Assembly (NCBI GenBank): GCA_047967505.1
Contig: CM106538.1
Strand: one strand, 5' to 3'
Length of the DNA stretch: 64,000 nucleotides
DNA from: Dipteris shenzhenensis
Lineage: Eukaryota
Positions 9,801 to 22,800 of the stretch are shown piece after piece; within the stretch, counting starts at the first letter, position 1; the number at the start of each line of letters is the position of its first letter. The notes beneath the pieces were generated by a model. That model was not told the origin of the DNA, made no database searches, and saw only the letters and a program-made list of their open reading frames with translations. The position numbers and the translations under genes were made by a program.

Positions 9801-12010
9801 CCTGTCTCCTCAAGGTCATCATCTGCCAGTAGAGTGAAATCATCTCTGAAGTCAAGAAGTGGTACCTGACGGGCCCTTGTCCTCGCGTTGAAGTGCCCCA
9901 CTAGAAGGACTTCTCTGCGGCTAGAACAGTCAACGATGGACTGATAAAGGGCAGCAAATGGGGATGTGTCATCATCACCTCGAATATCTCTGGCAAAGTG
10001 GGAGGTCTTCGGGGGGAAGTAGCAAACTGCGACAAACAGCAGATCCCGGCTGTCCATGTGTCATATCCGGATCCAAAGAAATCTGGAATGTGTATCTCTC
10101 TGCTCTACTGAAATGATCCGCCCAAGTGTGGATCTGAAAAGGACTACAACTCCACTTGAACCTCGAACTCCTCCTCTACCCCTCGTCTCCTCTCTGTAGG
10201 TAGACTCCCATGTATATCCGCTGACTATAGGAAGAGGGCACTCTGGACTCTGATGTGTCTTTGTATAGAAGACTATGTCGTGGCCTGTATAGGATTCTGA
10301 GAAGTTTCTTGGTTCTCACCATAAGGTACCATTACAGTTCCAAATGGTGTAGGACAGGGTCTCGGATATCTGAGTCTCATAGACCCCGCTTCCCTATGTA
10401 GCGGAGGGGGTAGGTGCCCTACGGGGGCCTGTAAGAAGTCGTCCCTCTCGTACCATTGCCCACTTCCCCTCCTTCTAGGCCTGATGCCGCTGTTGCAACA
10501 AAGAGCACCTCTCCTCAACTTGTAAAGGTGTGAGGTCCTCATCCATAGAGATTGCTGGCTGATCTCGAAGGACTCTGACCTGCGTCGTAGAGCTGAAAGT
10601 CGTGCCTAGATGTCATGGAATCGTATGATCAGGGGTTGCTCTCGGTTGGGATCTCTCCCCACCCGCCATGCCCTCTCTATCCTGTGCTCAGCCACACCCA
10701 AGGTAGCGGCCACGAACGCAGTCGCATCTACCATCGATGTAGCCTCAGTGCGTGGGATCCCGTGTACTCTGATGTTGAGAGCCTTACTGGCTCTTTGCTG
10801 CTGCTCCATGAGGGTAGCCGAAACGGTTACCATTGTGGGTTCCCATTTGGCCACGTCAACCCATGTGGAAGTCTCCTCAATAGCAGATTGCATGCTTGCA
10901 ATCTGTGCCTCGACCACCGGGACAGTGTGTATGGCTGTGACCTCCTGTCGGAGCTGCATGATATCATGTCTGAGTCCCTGAATAAGACCCGCATGCTCCC
11001 AAATGGCCCTAGCCTGCTCCTGTATGATGCGGCTCTGCTCCTAGTTGAAGCGGACTTGCTCCCGTGCGAAGCAAGTCAGCTCCATCTCACGCTCACGGAA
11101 ACTATGTATCTCCGTGAGCAAGGTCTCATGGGCCTCTAGTGTATCAGCCCACCCATGTCCATGCTGAAACTGTGGTGACTGTGGCATGAAAGAGTGGGAC
11201 TGAGAGTCCGGAACCTGGACGGTGATTGAGTGAGGAACAAAGATGACAGTGGAATGGATGAGGCAGTCCCAACGGGGTGTGGGAGGGTGGGCTGACTGAG
11301 AGGGAGAGGGGAGAGTGAAGCGTAATGTGGCACAGTGTATGACACCTCCGAAGTAGGGGTCATAAGCTGTGTGAAAGCTGTAACAGGAGAAGAGGGGAAG
11401 GGAACAACAACCGGTGCCATGGGCATGAGTATGTCACTGATCGTAGATGTAGAGGGAGTTGAGACTAGAACTAGAGCTAGGCCTGAAGCGGGGACTGAAG
11501 TCGAAGTAGAGATAGAGATAGAGGGAGCTGAGGCTGGAGCTGAAAACGAAACTGACACTGTAGCGGGAGTTGAGGTTGAGGTAGAGATAGAGGCTGAAGA
11601 AGCTAAGGCGGGTCCTACCTTTGCCTTGATGTCTACCCCGAGTCCACTTCCGGTTGTAACGTGTGTTCACATCCTCCAATTTCAGTTGTGTCGTTTGCTT
11701 TTTTTTGTTGTTGTTGTTATTGTCATCTTTCTTGGCTTTGTCCCCCATTTCTCTTGGAGTGCGGGTACAGATCTTAGTGTTCGATCGGGAGCGGGAGCAC
11801 CGGTTCCCCCCCCCATAATGGGAGGCACGTCCAGTGCAAGGTGGTGGAGAGGCAGGGCGGAAGCCTCAGGTGGAGAAGGAGGAGAGGCTAAGATGGCGAG
11901 GAGGGAGGGATGGCTGAGAAGGTGGTGAGGGTAGCAGAGAAGGGGGGGGCGATGGATGAGCGGAAAAGGAGGGAGGGAGGTGGCTGAGCTTCGCATGAGT
12001 GGATAGCAGA
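6836..12010 (-). mobile_element. RTEX-like LINE copy 2, near full length, decayed
   Basis: ORF1 about 11748-10400 (coiled-coil, LNIRVHGIP..AWRVGR..PLIIRF). APE endonuclease (WNCNG, VGHFNART, SVVDY), RT (LLYADD), deletion of about 500 bp at about 7545 removing the zinc finger, 3' motif and (CTTT)n tail at 6836-6906. Confidence 0.9.
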
Positions 12011-12029
12011 GAAGCTGACCTTTATCCAT

Positions 12030-13270
12030 GTTTTGTCTTCCTCAGTGCACCATCACTCATGGACAACAAAGCCATAGTGAATGGGAGGACCATGCCACAC
12101 CATTCTTGACTCCAAAGGAAAGTACAAGGTTCTCATGATGATTCCCAAACTTTCATGTAGGAAGTTGGTAGTTGAACTCTCCATGACCTAGCACAAGGAT
12201 CTATCTTATCAAGAATGGCAAGATTTGATGAATGGCAAGGTAGCACAGGATGGGATATGGTGGCACAAACAACAAAAAGCGGGCACAATCACTTGTCTAT
12301 CATTTAGTCAATCGTATTTGATTATTAGACATGGCATGTTGTGGAGTAGGGTTCTCCAGTCTTGAATTTTGTTTCAATTTCAGCAGAACAAGGTGTCACA
12401 AGCATCCCTCCACCCATGGACACTTGCTAACCCTAGGACAATACTCTTGCACTAGGCTAGGAGATGGATAAAATGGCAACCAAGCTTGGTCAAGAGCTTG
12501 AGCTATGGAAGTAATCTAAGGGTGCCTTAGCCAAGTGGCAAAGATTGAAGCGATGAGCTTTTGTCCTTGACATGAGCCTATGAATGCTTGAAGGGATCAC
12601 CACCAGCTAACATGAGGAAGGAGATGAGGAGGGCTGTCCAAGCTCAGCCAAGGAAGGGGTTAAAAGAGGTACATAAAACCTACATGTGGTACAATAGCTC
12701 TCCATCAGTCAAAATTTTGAGTAATTTGACGATGTTGACAGCCATCAAGACCTAGGTAGACAAATGGGACAAGTCTTAGGAGCTAATTGACAAAGTAAAA
12801 ATAACTTTGAGCTCCAAGGGGCTTACGAACAATGGAGGTAGTTGGTTGTAATATAGTGTCGTGCCACTGGTTCTGCTGCATCAGGGTGAGACCAATTTTG
12901 TGAATAATCTCTTAGGAGCCTCAAGCCGTCCTCCTTTAAATCAACTCAAGATGTTGAGATAGAAGATTTGAGAGGGCCGTGTTCACCTCCTCAATTAACA
13001 AGGTATTCCAAAGGGTAGGTGGATCGGTAGCCCAGTTGAGTGGATGGGCAGGTGTTATTGGCCGCTTAGTAAGACACCTGTGCAGATGGCATTTTTTGGA
13101 GGTTTGGGAGGCAAGGGCAGTACAAGTTTAAAAAGGTTTCCAAAAGAATTTGTGGACTGAAAGCTCAGGTGACTGGACCAGCAGGTGCAGTTGGCTGTTT
13201 AGTAAGACATATGTGCAGGTGGCTTTGTGTTGGAGGTTCGTGCAGACAAGGGCAGTAATAGTTATCTAAG
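12030..13270 (-). mobile_element. Possible very old L1 5' UTR/ORF1 remnant
   Basis: Weak ORF1-like fragments (DP.K, LPL, SIAQAL, CPRV) and a direct repeat of about 80 bp at 13039 and 13182. Confidence 0.3.
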
Positions 13271-13625
13271 GGTTGAAGGTGCAATCAAGACATGCAAGAA
13301 ATTACAATGGGAAGCCAACAAACAGGATTCAATGGACTAAATGATAAGTTTGTTAGAGAGGCTGGTAATCCTCCATTTCACTTTGGTATTGAGATTTATG
13401 CCTTGCTAAAAACTTTGGCTTTTTACCTTTCCCGTTCTGTCTGGCATAGTTGAACAGCAACCTTTCTTCAAATGTTCTTGAAGAGAGATTTCAAAGATTG
13501 CATGATATAGCTGAGTGTTCTTATTTTCCTTGATATAATCATAGACTTACATGGCACATCAACACTGATTGGATTGGACTACTATGTAGCACACAGAATA
13601 TGGAATTAGGAATTCATCATCTTGC

Positions 13626-13802
13626 CTGTAGAGAGTCACCATTTGGCAATGTAATGGTTTCATACCGCCCTTCTGCCGCAGCACTTTCAAGCTCTGCCTG
13701 TTTTGCTATATTCAAGAACACCTCCTCAAGAGTTGCCAAATTGACTTGAATGTCTGTGATACCAAATTCTGCTTCTTTCTCTTGCAAATCAGTGAAAAAA
13801 TC
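13626..13802 (-). CDS. ABCA2: ABCA exon (DFFTDLQ...[12 protein letters not shown]...GDSLQ)
   Basis: Acceptor ATGCAG, probable GC donor CAG|GCAAGA, 177 bp. Confidence 0.88.
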
Positions 13803-16800
13803 CTGCATTGTAATCCATCAACCCCTCATAAATTTATGAAAGAAAGCTCCAGAATGCAGGACATGTCACACAAAATATATAATATCAAGTAAATAAAAGC
13901 ATTGCATGAGAATTAAGGTAACGTCTTTTTGAAAAAATCCTTCATAAAAACTTCAACTTTTTGCTAAGAAAATGAGGCAAACATATATGAGTAGCTAACA
14001 ATAAGTACCGTCAGTTGACTCTCCTTTTCGCGAGGTATAATAAAAGTGATAAATGCCTTGTTCTCTTCTTTAGGTACTACTCCTAGTTGCTGCTTTGCAT
14101 CCAACATCAATATTAGTCTTATGAGAGAAAAAGTGTGCAAGATTCAGAATAGAAAGTGTTACTAAATTATTTGTGAGAAAGTCTCACCTCTTTGAAAAAT
14201 GACTTCATGTGATCTGTTTTCAGGTCATCTTCTTGTTGTTGCTCGCTACTTTTTCTGTTCAGGCTGACAGTAACAACGTATCCAGCACCAAATCGTGACT
14301 TTAAATAGAGTGATGTCCCAATGCAGCGAAGCTTCCCATTAGCCATGATAGCTATCCTGTCACTTAATATATCTGCTTCCTCCATCGAATGAGTGGTCAA
14401 AATTATAGCCCGTCCTCTCTTTGCTCCTTCAATAATGTCCCATACATGCCTGCGTGTTATTGGGTCCATACCAGTTGTCTGCAGCCACCAGAAACCAAAA
14501 TTGAGCCAAGGTAACAATAGCTACACTCAGATGATGTTCATTAGAAATTACTTTAAGTGATTATAAATGCAAACTATTCAGGAAGACTAACAGAAGCTTC
14601 GGCTCTAAACAACAGCAATAGTATTACCGGTTCATCAAGATATACAATTTTGGGATCTCCAATCAAAGAAATGGCAACGCTTAGTCGCCGCTTCATCCCT
14701 CCACTGTAATTTGCGGCCCGCATATTCACAGCTTCTGCAAGCTTGACTCGAAAAAGCAGCTCTGTGGAAGTCTGTATTGAAACAGCGATATGATTCAGGT
14801 TGTTGGCAGACTTTTTAATTAAAAAATGTGGTATTGTCTTTAAAGATGGAATAATATTCCCATGTCTTATCCAGAAGAAGGGGGTAGAGAAAATATGTGG
14901 TGAAATATTATCCCAGAAACTACAATGTTTTTTAACTGATTCAAGCAAAGAAATGTCAATTACCTCCTTCACAAGAGACGGTGGCAGACCCTTGATCCTT
15001 GCAAATAGGTGGAGGTGTTCCAGCCCAGTCAAAGCATCCCACAAGATATCAAACTGAAATGCAAGTTGATCAAAAGTGTGTCAAATGTACCTGTAGAAAT
15101 AACCCCATAACCAAAAAGAGCAAGAACTCTCTACCTGCATACCTGAGGACAAACTCCCATGTAACTGCGAATATTAGACATGCCCTGTGCACTTCTTATT
15201 GAATTCCCATAAACCAAGGCTGTGATCAACTAGACGCAGTGAGAAACACGCAAAACTTAGGGCTTAGGGATTCCACCACATAACAGATGCTTCGTATTAC
15301 CAAAAAGAGTGACCACTCAGCTTTTTAAATGTATCTGGAAAGTTGGCAAATCAACAGGAACAAGGATGATGTATATTGAACGCAAGCAAACTGTTTCTCT
15401 TCAAAGAAGTGGAAATCCCATTCATGAATAGCATGTTGGGAAATTAAGAAACATAAGAGCGAAACATACCATCACCAGCTGTGACAGGAACAATTCCTGT
15501 AAGACAATTGATTGTTGTGGTCTTTCCAGCACCATTAGGACCAAGCAAGCAGAAAAGTTTGTTTTTTTCGATATGGACCCATAAGCTCTGCAATAGTCAA
15601 CTTCAAATAAGATGAACAAACTTGTTGCAGAAATGTTTTTGTAGCTATATTTATTAAGAATATTGCTTTGAGAATACATTTAGAGAGTTTACTTATGTCA
15701 TATATCAATTTACTTCAGGATCTTTCAAGAAGAAGTATGGGATATGTTACATATAAAAAACAATGTACATCAATGATCAGGTGGAAGAGCCAGCAAGGGA
15801 GATCTGAAAGACAAGAGACAAGTGTCTCAATCATGAGAAAAACAAAAATCAGGATTATACACTAGGTGGGTGGGCCAACATGGCATCTTATAGGATACTT
15901 ACTTTATGGAAGGCAAAAAATTGCATAAACCCATGACTGGGTGCTAAGATAATGTTAAGTGACAGTTTCCAATGCTTGAGAATGAAAAAACGATATTTCA
16001 ATACTTGTTCAATCCCCGGGGACATTGGAGAAAGATAAGATTAATGAACCAACAATTGAGACATTTCTTTCTCCAATTGAAATTCATTAGAATCCAAGTA
16101 CAAATATAAAAAAGTAAACAAATAAGAAGAGATTTCTAGTTGGACAAGCAAGGCTACCCATTCTTTGCGACTTTGTTTAGTCCATGCACCGACAAGCAAC
16201 CTAATGTTGGCGATTTCTAGAGGATACTCCATTTTAGGTAGAAAGTGTGGCGACCATACGACTGTACCTGCTCAGTACACATTTGGTGTGATTTTTGGCA
16301 GGCATTCTTGCAGGTGTTCTTTGGCAGGCATTCTTGCAGATAGCCACTATTTGGCTTGCATTTTCGGAGCGCATTTGGGGCATATTGTTTTGTTGCAAGC
16401 ATTGCAGTCAAGTTGCAGAACCTGCTCCAGAAATTTGGGGCTTTTTAGTTATGCTTGCAATCTTGCAGGTAAATTTTGGGGCTTTTGCAGTTTTTGCACA
16501 TAATTGCAAAATTTGGGGCTTTTAGTTCAATTGCCTCTTTCACGGGCAATTTCTTGCAGAAATTTGGGGCTTTTAGTTCAATTGCCTCTTTCACGGGCAA
16601 TTTCTTGCAGAAATTTGGGGCTTTTGCATTGTGGATGCAATTTGGCAGTTGAAAGAGCATTTTGGAGATTTGCAAGCAGTTTTGGACTTAGTGTGAGTCC
16701 ATTTGCAAACTTTTGCCACTTTTTGTGGATTTCCTCTGCAGATTTTTGGGCATTTGCAAAGCATTGTGGTGAATTTCGAGCCTTTGATAGGCTGTGACAG

Positions 16801-19800
16801 TATTTGTCACTGTGGTCAGATTTTGGTTGTGCATTTTGCATCCCAGGAAGGGATTTTTCTTGTACAGTTTGCTAGGTTTTTTAGTTTATCTGGCAAAAAT
16901 AGCTCAGAACAACCCCAATGAGGTGTTTGGAGTCCTCACTCACGAGTGGCTCCCACAACAAAGCAGAAAAGATGGGATTCTAGAGATGCACAAGCTCTAT
17001 CAGTGATTTCTCTTTCTGTCAAGAGGTTCATTATTTCTCACATTCGGTCATGCGAGACCTCAAAGGCAGCTTGGGAGATATTAGAGAGTATCACACCTAT
17101 GAATTCTCTTCTTGAGTCCTATCTTGGCTTCCACACCTTGTTGAATTTGTCATTGAGGGGGGACAGCAATCCTCTCTCGTTTCATGAGTTGGTAGGACAC
17201 GAAGAAATATGGCAACACAGGGTGGCTAGCATGCCATGCTTTCTAAGTTTAAGCCCAAGGGAAAAGGGCAGCAAAAGCAACATGCCAATCAGCCCCCGCA
17301 CATCAACATAAAGCTGATTTAGGACAGCACTCTTATAAGGCTAAGGGTGATGCAGATAAGCCTAAAAAGAAGGGTATTTGTCACTACTACAAGACGCCAG
17401 GTCATTATATTGGTGAATGCAAGATGCGCATAGCTAAAGAAAAGAAAAGCGATTCAGGTATGGCTATGTTAGATGCATCAGCTCCTCATGCACATGATGG
17501 GGGAGATGTTATAGCCAACTTTCTGAAAGAGCAAACTTGTTACTCATCCAAATGCCCCGATTCAGCTAGAGGCTGATTTTGTACCTCCGCAAGGTGTTAG
17601 GTGAAGTTGTCAGGCAAGAGATTCAAGAGATACACACAGCCAAAACAGTCCCAAATTGGTTGCTACAGACTCTCAGGGAGAGTAGGCTTGAGGCACCATT
17701 GCTTGGCAGGACTCGTAGTGCAGTAAGGTATGCACGGGGGGCTCTTTCAGTTGAGACAACTTATGCAAGTACTCTACTTGATGAAGTAGAACCTGACTCT
17801 TTTGAAGAAGCAAAGGATAATGTGCATTGGATGCATGCCATGCACAATGAATTGCAATCCATTGAGAAAAATTAGACTTGGGATGTTGTGGATTTGCCAC
17901 CAGGTAAGCATGCCATTTACCAAGTGGGTTTTCAAAGTGGAACAGAAGCCAGATGGGTCCATTGACAAGTACAAGACAAGGCTGGTTGCTGAAGGCTGTG
18001 CACAGAACAAGGGCATAGATTATGAGGAGACTTTTGCTCCAACATCCCAGATGACCACCATAAGGTCAATTATTACCATGGCTGCAAATTTTGTTTGGAA
18101 TGTCTATTAGTTGGACATAAAAATAGCTTTCCTTAATGGGCATTTGCAGGAAGAGGTTTATGTCAAACAACCTCCTGGATTTGAACTTTCTAGGAATGCA
18201 CTTCAGGTTTGCAAGCTGAACAAAGCTTTGTATGGGCTGAACAAGCCCCACATGCATGGTATGCCAAGATTGATGCATTCCTGGCAAGTAAGGGGTTACA
18301 TAATAGTCCGACGGAAAGCACCCTCTACATCAAGAAGGAGGGGGGGGATATTGAGTTTACACCTTCAACTCAAAACCCAGCACACATGGATTATAACCCA
18401 AGTGCAAGAGGAAGAGAGGAGATTCCTATTGATAAGCTGATTTTCCAGCTTAGCAATATGATTGAGCAGTCCATTATGACAAGATTAGGAACTAAGAGGA
18501 CTTTAAACTTTGGGGATTAAGAGTTGAGTACCCCTTCTAAGAGGTCCAAATTCCAACCGCGAGAGAGAATTAAGTTCCCCAAATATGATGGGGCAAGGGA
18601 GGCTGACAAAATACTCAATTGGATTCGCCATTTTTAGCTATACTTTGCCCATCAAGACAAGACCAAGCAAGAGAAGCTTGCTCTTGCCACATTGCATCTG
18701 CAGAAGCCTAATGTAGTGGTCTTTTCACAAACAGGAAAAGAGCCTATTCATGAATGGGCTAAGTTCGTGGAGCAACTGAAAGCCACTTTCATGCCACCAA
18801 GGCATGAAGAGAACCTAACCTTTTGTTGGGAGAGGTTTAGGTAGTTCAATAATGAGAGTAATGCAGCTTTTACAGCCAGATTTTGGAAACTCTCTCTAGA
18901 GTTACCCGAAAAGAGTGAGGACGATGGGAGAAAGAAGTATTTAGCAGCCTTAAGCCCAAAAGTAAGGTACGAGGTTGAAATGTTTAACTCGACCACGCTT
19001 AAGGAACTCACTAAGCTGGCTAAAATAGCCGAGAGGAAATTGAATCCTCGTAAACCCTTCAATAAGGAGGGTGGGTCATCATCTAAGACCAACAATATAC
19101 CCACTTTTAGGAAACCAAACCGGTTTAAGAATAATAAAGGGAAGGATAAAGCTCTTGTAAGGAATGTTAACAGCCAATCACGTCCTGGAAGGATGCCATT
19201 TTTCTTCTATGACGGACGAAGAGAAGAGGAAGTTGATTAAGGAAGGAAAATATTTCGGGTGTAAGAAACATAAGCCAGGGCACGTATGGCATAAATGTCC
19301 CGTTCTCTTGGCTAAGATTGCCAAGACGAATTCAGTAAAAGGGAAAGCCAAGGCAAGCAGGAGGGTGAGGCTTCTACCTTGTCACCCTCGAAATCTACCG
19401 TGACTATTGAGCCAATAGTGAATGTTGTCCATTCAGCCAATACCTTTGGGCCTCATGATCTTTTTAAGGTGTATGGATTCGTGAATGGACAGAGAATAGT
19501 GGTTCTCCTAGACGATGGATGTAATTATGACTTAGTGAGTGATAGATTGGTAAAATTACTCCATCTTAAACCAGAATCTATAAAAAACATGTCGCTCTTA
19601 GGAGCTTTTAGGGGACACAATGAAGAAGACACATCCATAGTACATAATATTCATTTTCGTATACAAAAATATAAAGATCGAAGGGATTTTCTAGTAGCTC
19701 CTTTACAAGACGTTGACATGATTCTAGGTAAACCATGGCGGTATGATTTTAACCCTGCTATTCATCCTCATACTCATCATTGTTGCTCTGTACAGTTGCT

Positions 19801-22800
19801 CTGTACATAAGGATTGTAGGGGATCAAGACGTGTATGCAATTCCATTGATTACTCCTACCCAAGCAAAAAGATTGGTAAAAAGAGGGGTAGATTGTAATC
19901 TTGTGTATATACGGGATTCACGAGATCTTCATATCTCAAAAGAAGATCGGAAGAGAAATGAGTTCCTTAGAGCTTATGAGGATCGATTTTCAAGAGATGA
20001 CTCATTCGAATTGCCTATGGTAGCCCCAATCCTTTCTTTTTGGCTCTTGAGCTTTTCATGCATTGCATGGTGTATCCCGTATTCCCGTGTGGAGCGTGCT
20101 CTAACGGTTTTCTTTAATACTTAATAGAAGTCTCTTTTTTGCCCAAAAAAAAAAAAAGCCTATGGAGAGAGAAGATGATCATGCCATAGACTTAGAGCCA
20201 GGAGCTTCTCCTCCATGTAGAGTCCCATATAGGATGAACAGGATAGAAATGGAGGAGGTAGAAAAACAAATTGAAGATCTATTGCAAAAAGGCCTGATTC
20301 GACCAAGCAGTTCTCCATTTGGAGCACCTGTATTATTGGTCAAGAAGAAGGATGGATCATATCGTTGTAGAAAATAGGAGAGTGAGAGAGTGAGAGAGTT
20401 GAATGTAAGTTTGCAATAGATGAAGTGACTGAATACAAGAAGAGGGAAAGGTTTTGTCTAAGTGACAAAACCTTATCCTTCACTAACCATAGTTAGTGAA
20501 CTAACTGTGATTAGGGGAAAAAAGGGAAAAGTGCCCCTAACTTACGTCTTACATTACATTGGTCACTGCTAGAATATAATAATAATTCTAACACCCGCCT
20601 GCAGTGCCAATGTCATGTACAAGGAAATGATCAATCACCAAAAAGAGATAAGTTCAGGGCACTGCGAAATGCCTCAAACTTTTCACGTGGAAGTGCTTTG
20701 GTGAAGATGTCTGCAACATTGTCATGTGTTGACACATAGATCATACTGATCTCTCCTGCATGCAACTTCTCTCTGACATAGTGATAGTGAACCTCAATGT
20801 GCTTCGTGCGAGCATGAAACACAGGATTTTTTGCCACTACTATAGCACTCTGACTATCAGTGAGAATCGGAGAAGGACCCTCCAATGAAAGATGAAGATC
20901 AACAAACAAACGACACAGCCAAACACATTCAATTGTCGCTGTGAAAGCTGCCTTATACTCAGCTTCACATGAGGAGGTAGCCACTGTAGATTGTTTCTTG
21001 CTCAACCAAGAAATGCAAGCATGTCCTAGAAAGAAACAATTCCCGCTGGTGGACTGCCTAGTATCATAGCCCAATCTGAGTCACTGTAAGCATGCATCTG
21101 CAAGACACCCCCCTTGGGAAACATCAAGCCAAAAGACTTTGTACCTTGCAAGTAACGGAAGATGCGTTTACAGCCTGCCAATGCATAAGCTTTGGGCTGT
21201 GCATATACCTGCTCACCTGAGAAACTGAAACTGAATATCAGGTCGTGTATTGCAGAGATAAATGAGGCATCCAATAGCCTGGCTATAGAGTGTGACATCA
21301 ATTGATTCACCTGCATCATGCATTGTAAGCTTCAGCCCCGGCTCCATGGGAGTGGACATAGGCTTGCAATCATGCATGTTGAATCTGTCCAAGAGTTTTT
21401 GAACATACTTGGACTGAGACATAACAATGCCACATTTCTCTTGAATAAATTGGATCCCCAAAAAGAAATGCAACAAGCCCAAGTTTGACATATCAAATGT
21501 AGCTTTCAATCGGACTTTGAGATCTGCAATTACTTCCTCATTTGATCCGGTGAGCAGCATGTCATCTACATAAAGAATGATGACCAAAATATCCCCCCCA
21601 TCCTTCTTGATGTAGAGGGTGCTCTCAGTTGGACTATTGTGCAGCCCCTTGCTGGTTAGAAAGGCATCAATTTTGGCATACCATGCACATGGGGCTTGTT
21701 TCAGCCCATACAAAGCTTTATTCAGCTTGCATACCTGATGTGCATTTCCTGAAATTTCAAAGCTCGGAGGTTGTTTGACATAAACCTCTTCCAACAAGTC
21801 TCCATTAAGGAAAACTGTTTTAATGTCCAACTGATGAACATTCCATTCAAAATTTGCAGGCATTGCTATAACTGACCTGATGGTGATCATTCTGGATGTA
21901 GGAGCAAAAGTCTCCTCATAATCTATGTCCTTTTTCTAAGCATATCCTTTTGCAACCAGCCTTGCCTTGTACCCGATCAATGGACCCATCTGGCTTTCTT
22001 CTGACTTTGAAAACCCAACATGTACCTATGGCATTCTTGCCTGATGGCAAATCCACGACATCCAAGTCTGATTTTTATGAATGGATTGCAATTCATCACG
22101 CATGGCATTCATCCAATGCACATTATCCTTTGCTTCTTTCAAATGTCTCAGGCTCCTCATCAGAAGAGTACCTGCATAAGCTCATTCAACTGAAAGAGCC
22201 CCCCCTGTGTACCTTACTGCACTACGAGTCCTGTTAGGCAATGGAGCCTCAAGCTTACTCTCCCTGAGAGTTTGAAGCAACCAATTCAGGACTGTTTTGG
22301 CTGCATGTATCTCTTGAATTTCTTGCCTGACAACTTCATCCACACCTTGAGGTTGTACTCAATCAGCTGGGGGCTGAATCTGTACATATGGATCTGGCGG
22401 AGGTTGCTGTCAATTCTAAGTTTCAGCGGGGGAACCAAATGCTATAGGAAGCATCCCCTCAAACACATTATTTGAAGAGGCTGGAATCTGAAATTCAGCA
22501 TGTGTATGTGCAGAATTTTCAGAGAATATAACATCTCTATTAACAAAAATCTTGCGTGTAGCAGGATTGTAGAGACGATAGCCTTTGCTTTGTAAACTAT
22601 ATCTCACAAAAATGCATTTGAGTGCCTTATCTGACAACTTGTGTTTGAACTCCACAGGCACGTGGGCATATGCAGCACAACCAAAAACTCTGAAATGGTC
22701 CACTGAAGGCTTTCTTCCATGCCAGCCTTTGTAGGATCCCGATTTGAAATATAGTTGGCACACATGAGGCCCTCTAGCCAAAACCTGTGAGGCAACTTCT

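Noticed and set aside
11750-11880. HDV-like ribozyme in the LINE 5' UTR (also 29860-29960)
   Set aside because: Plausible for RTE-group elements, but I could not fit the nested double pseudoknot by eye. An RNArobo or Infernal search is needed.
11335-11928. 197-aa plus-strand ORF
   Set aside because: Antisense shadow of the low-complexity LINE ORF1 linker.
12030-13600. Terminal ABCA exon
   Set aside because: No IPxGARF or EVYWQQD-like coding sequence found by eye.
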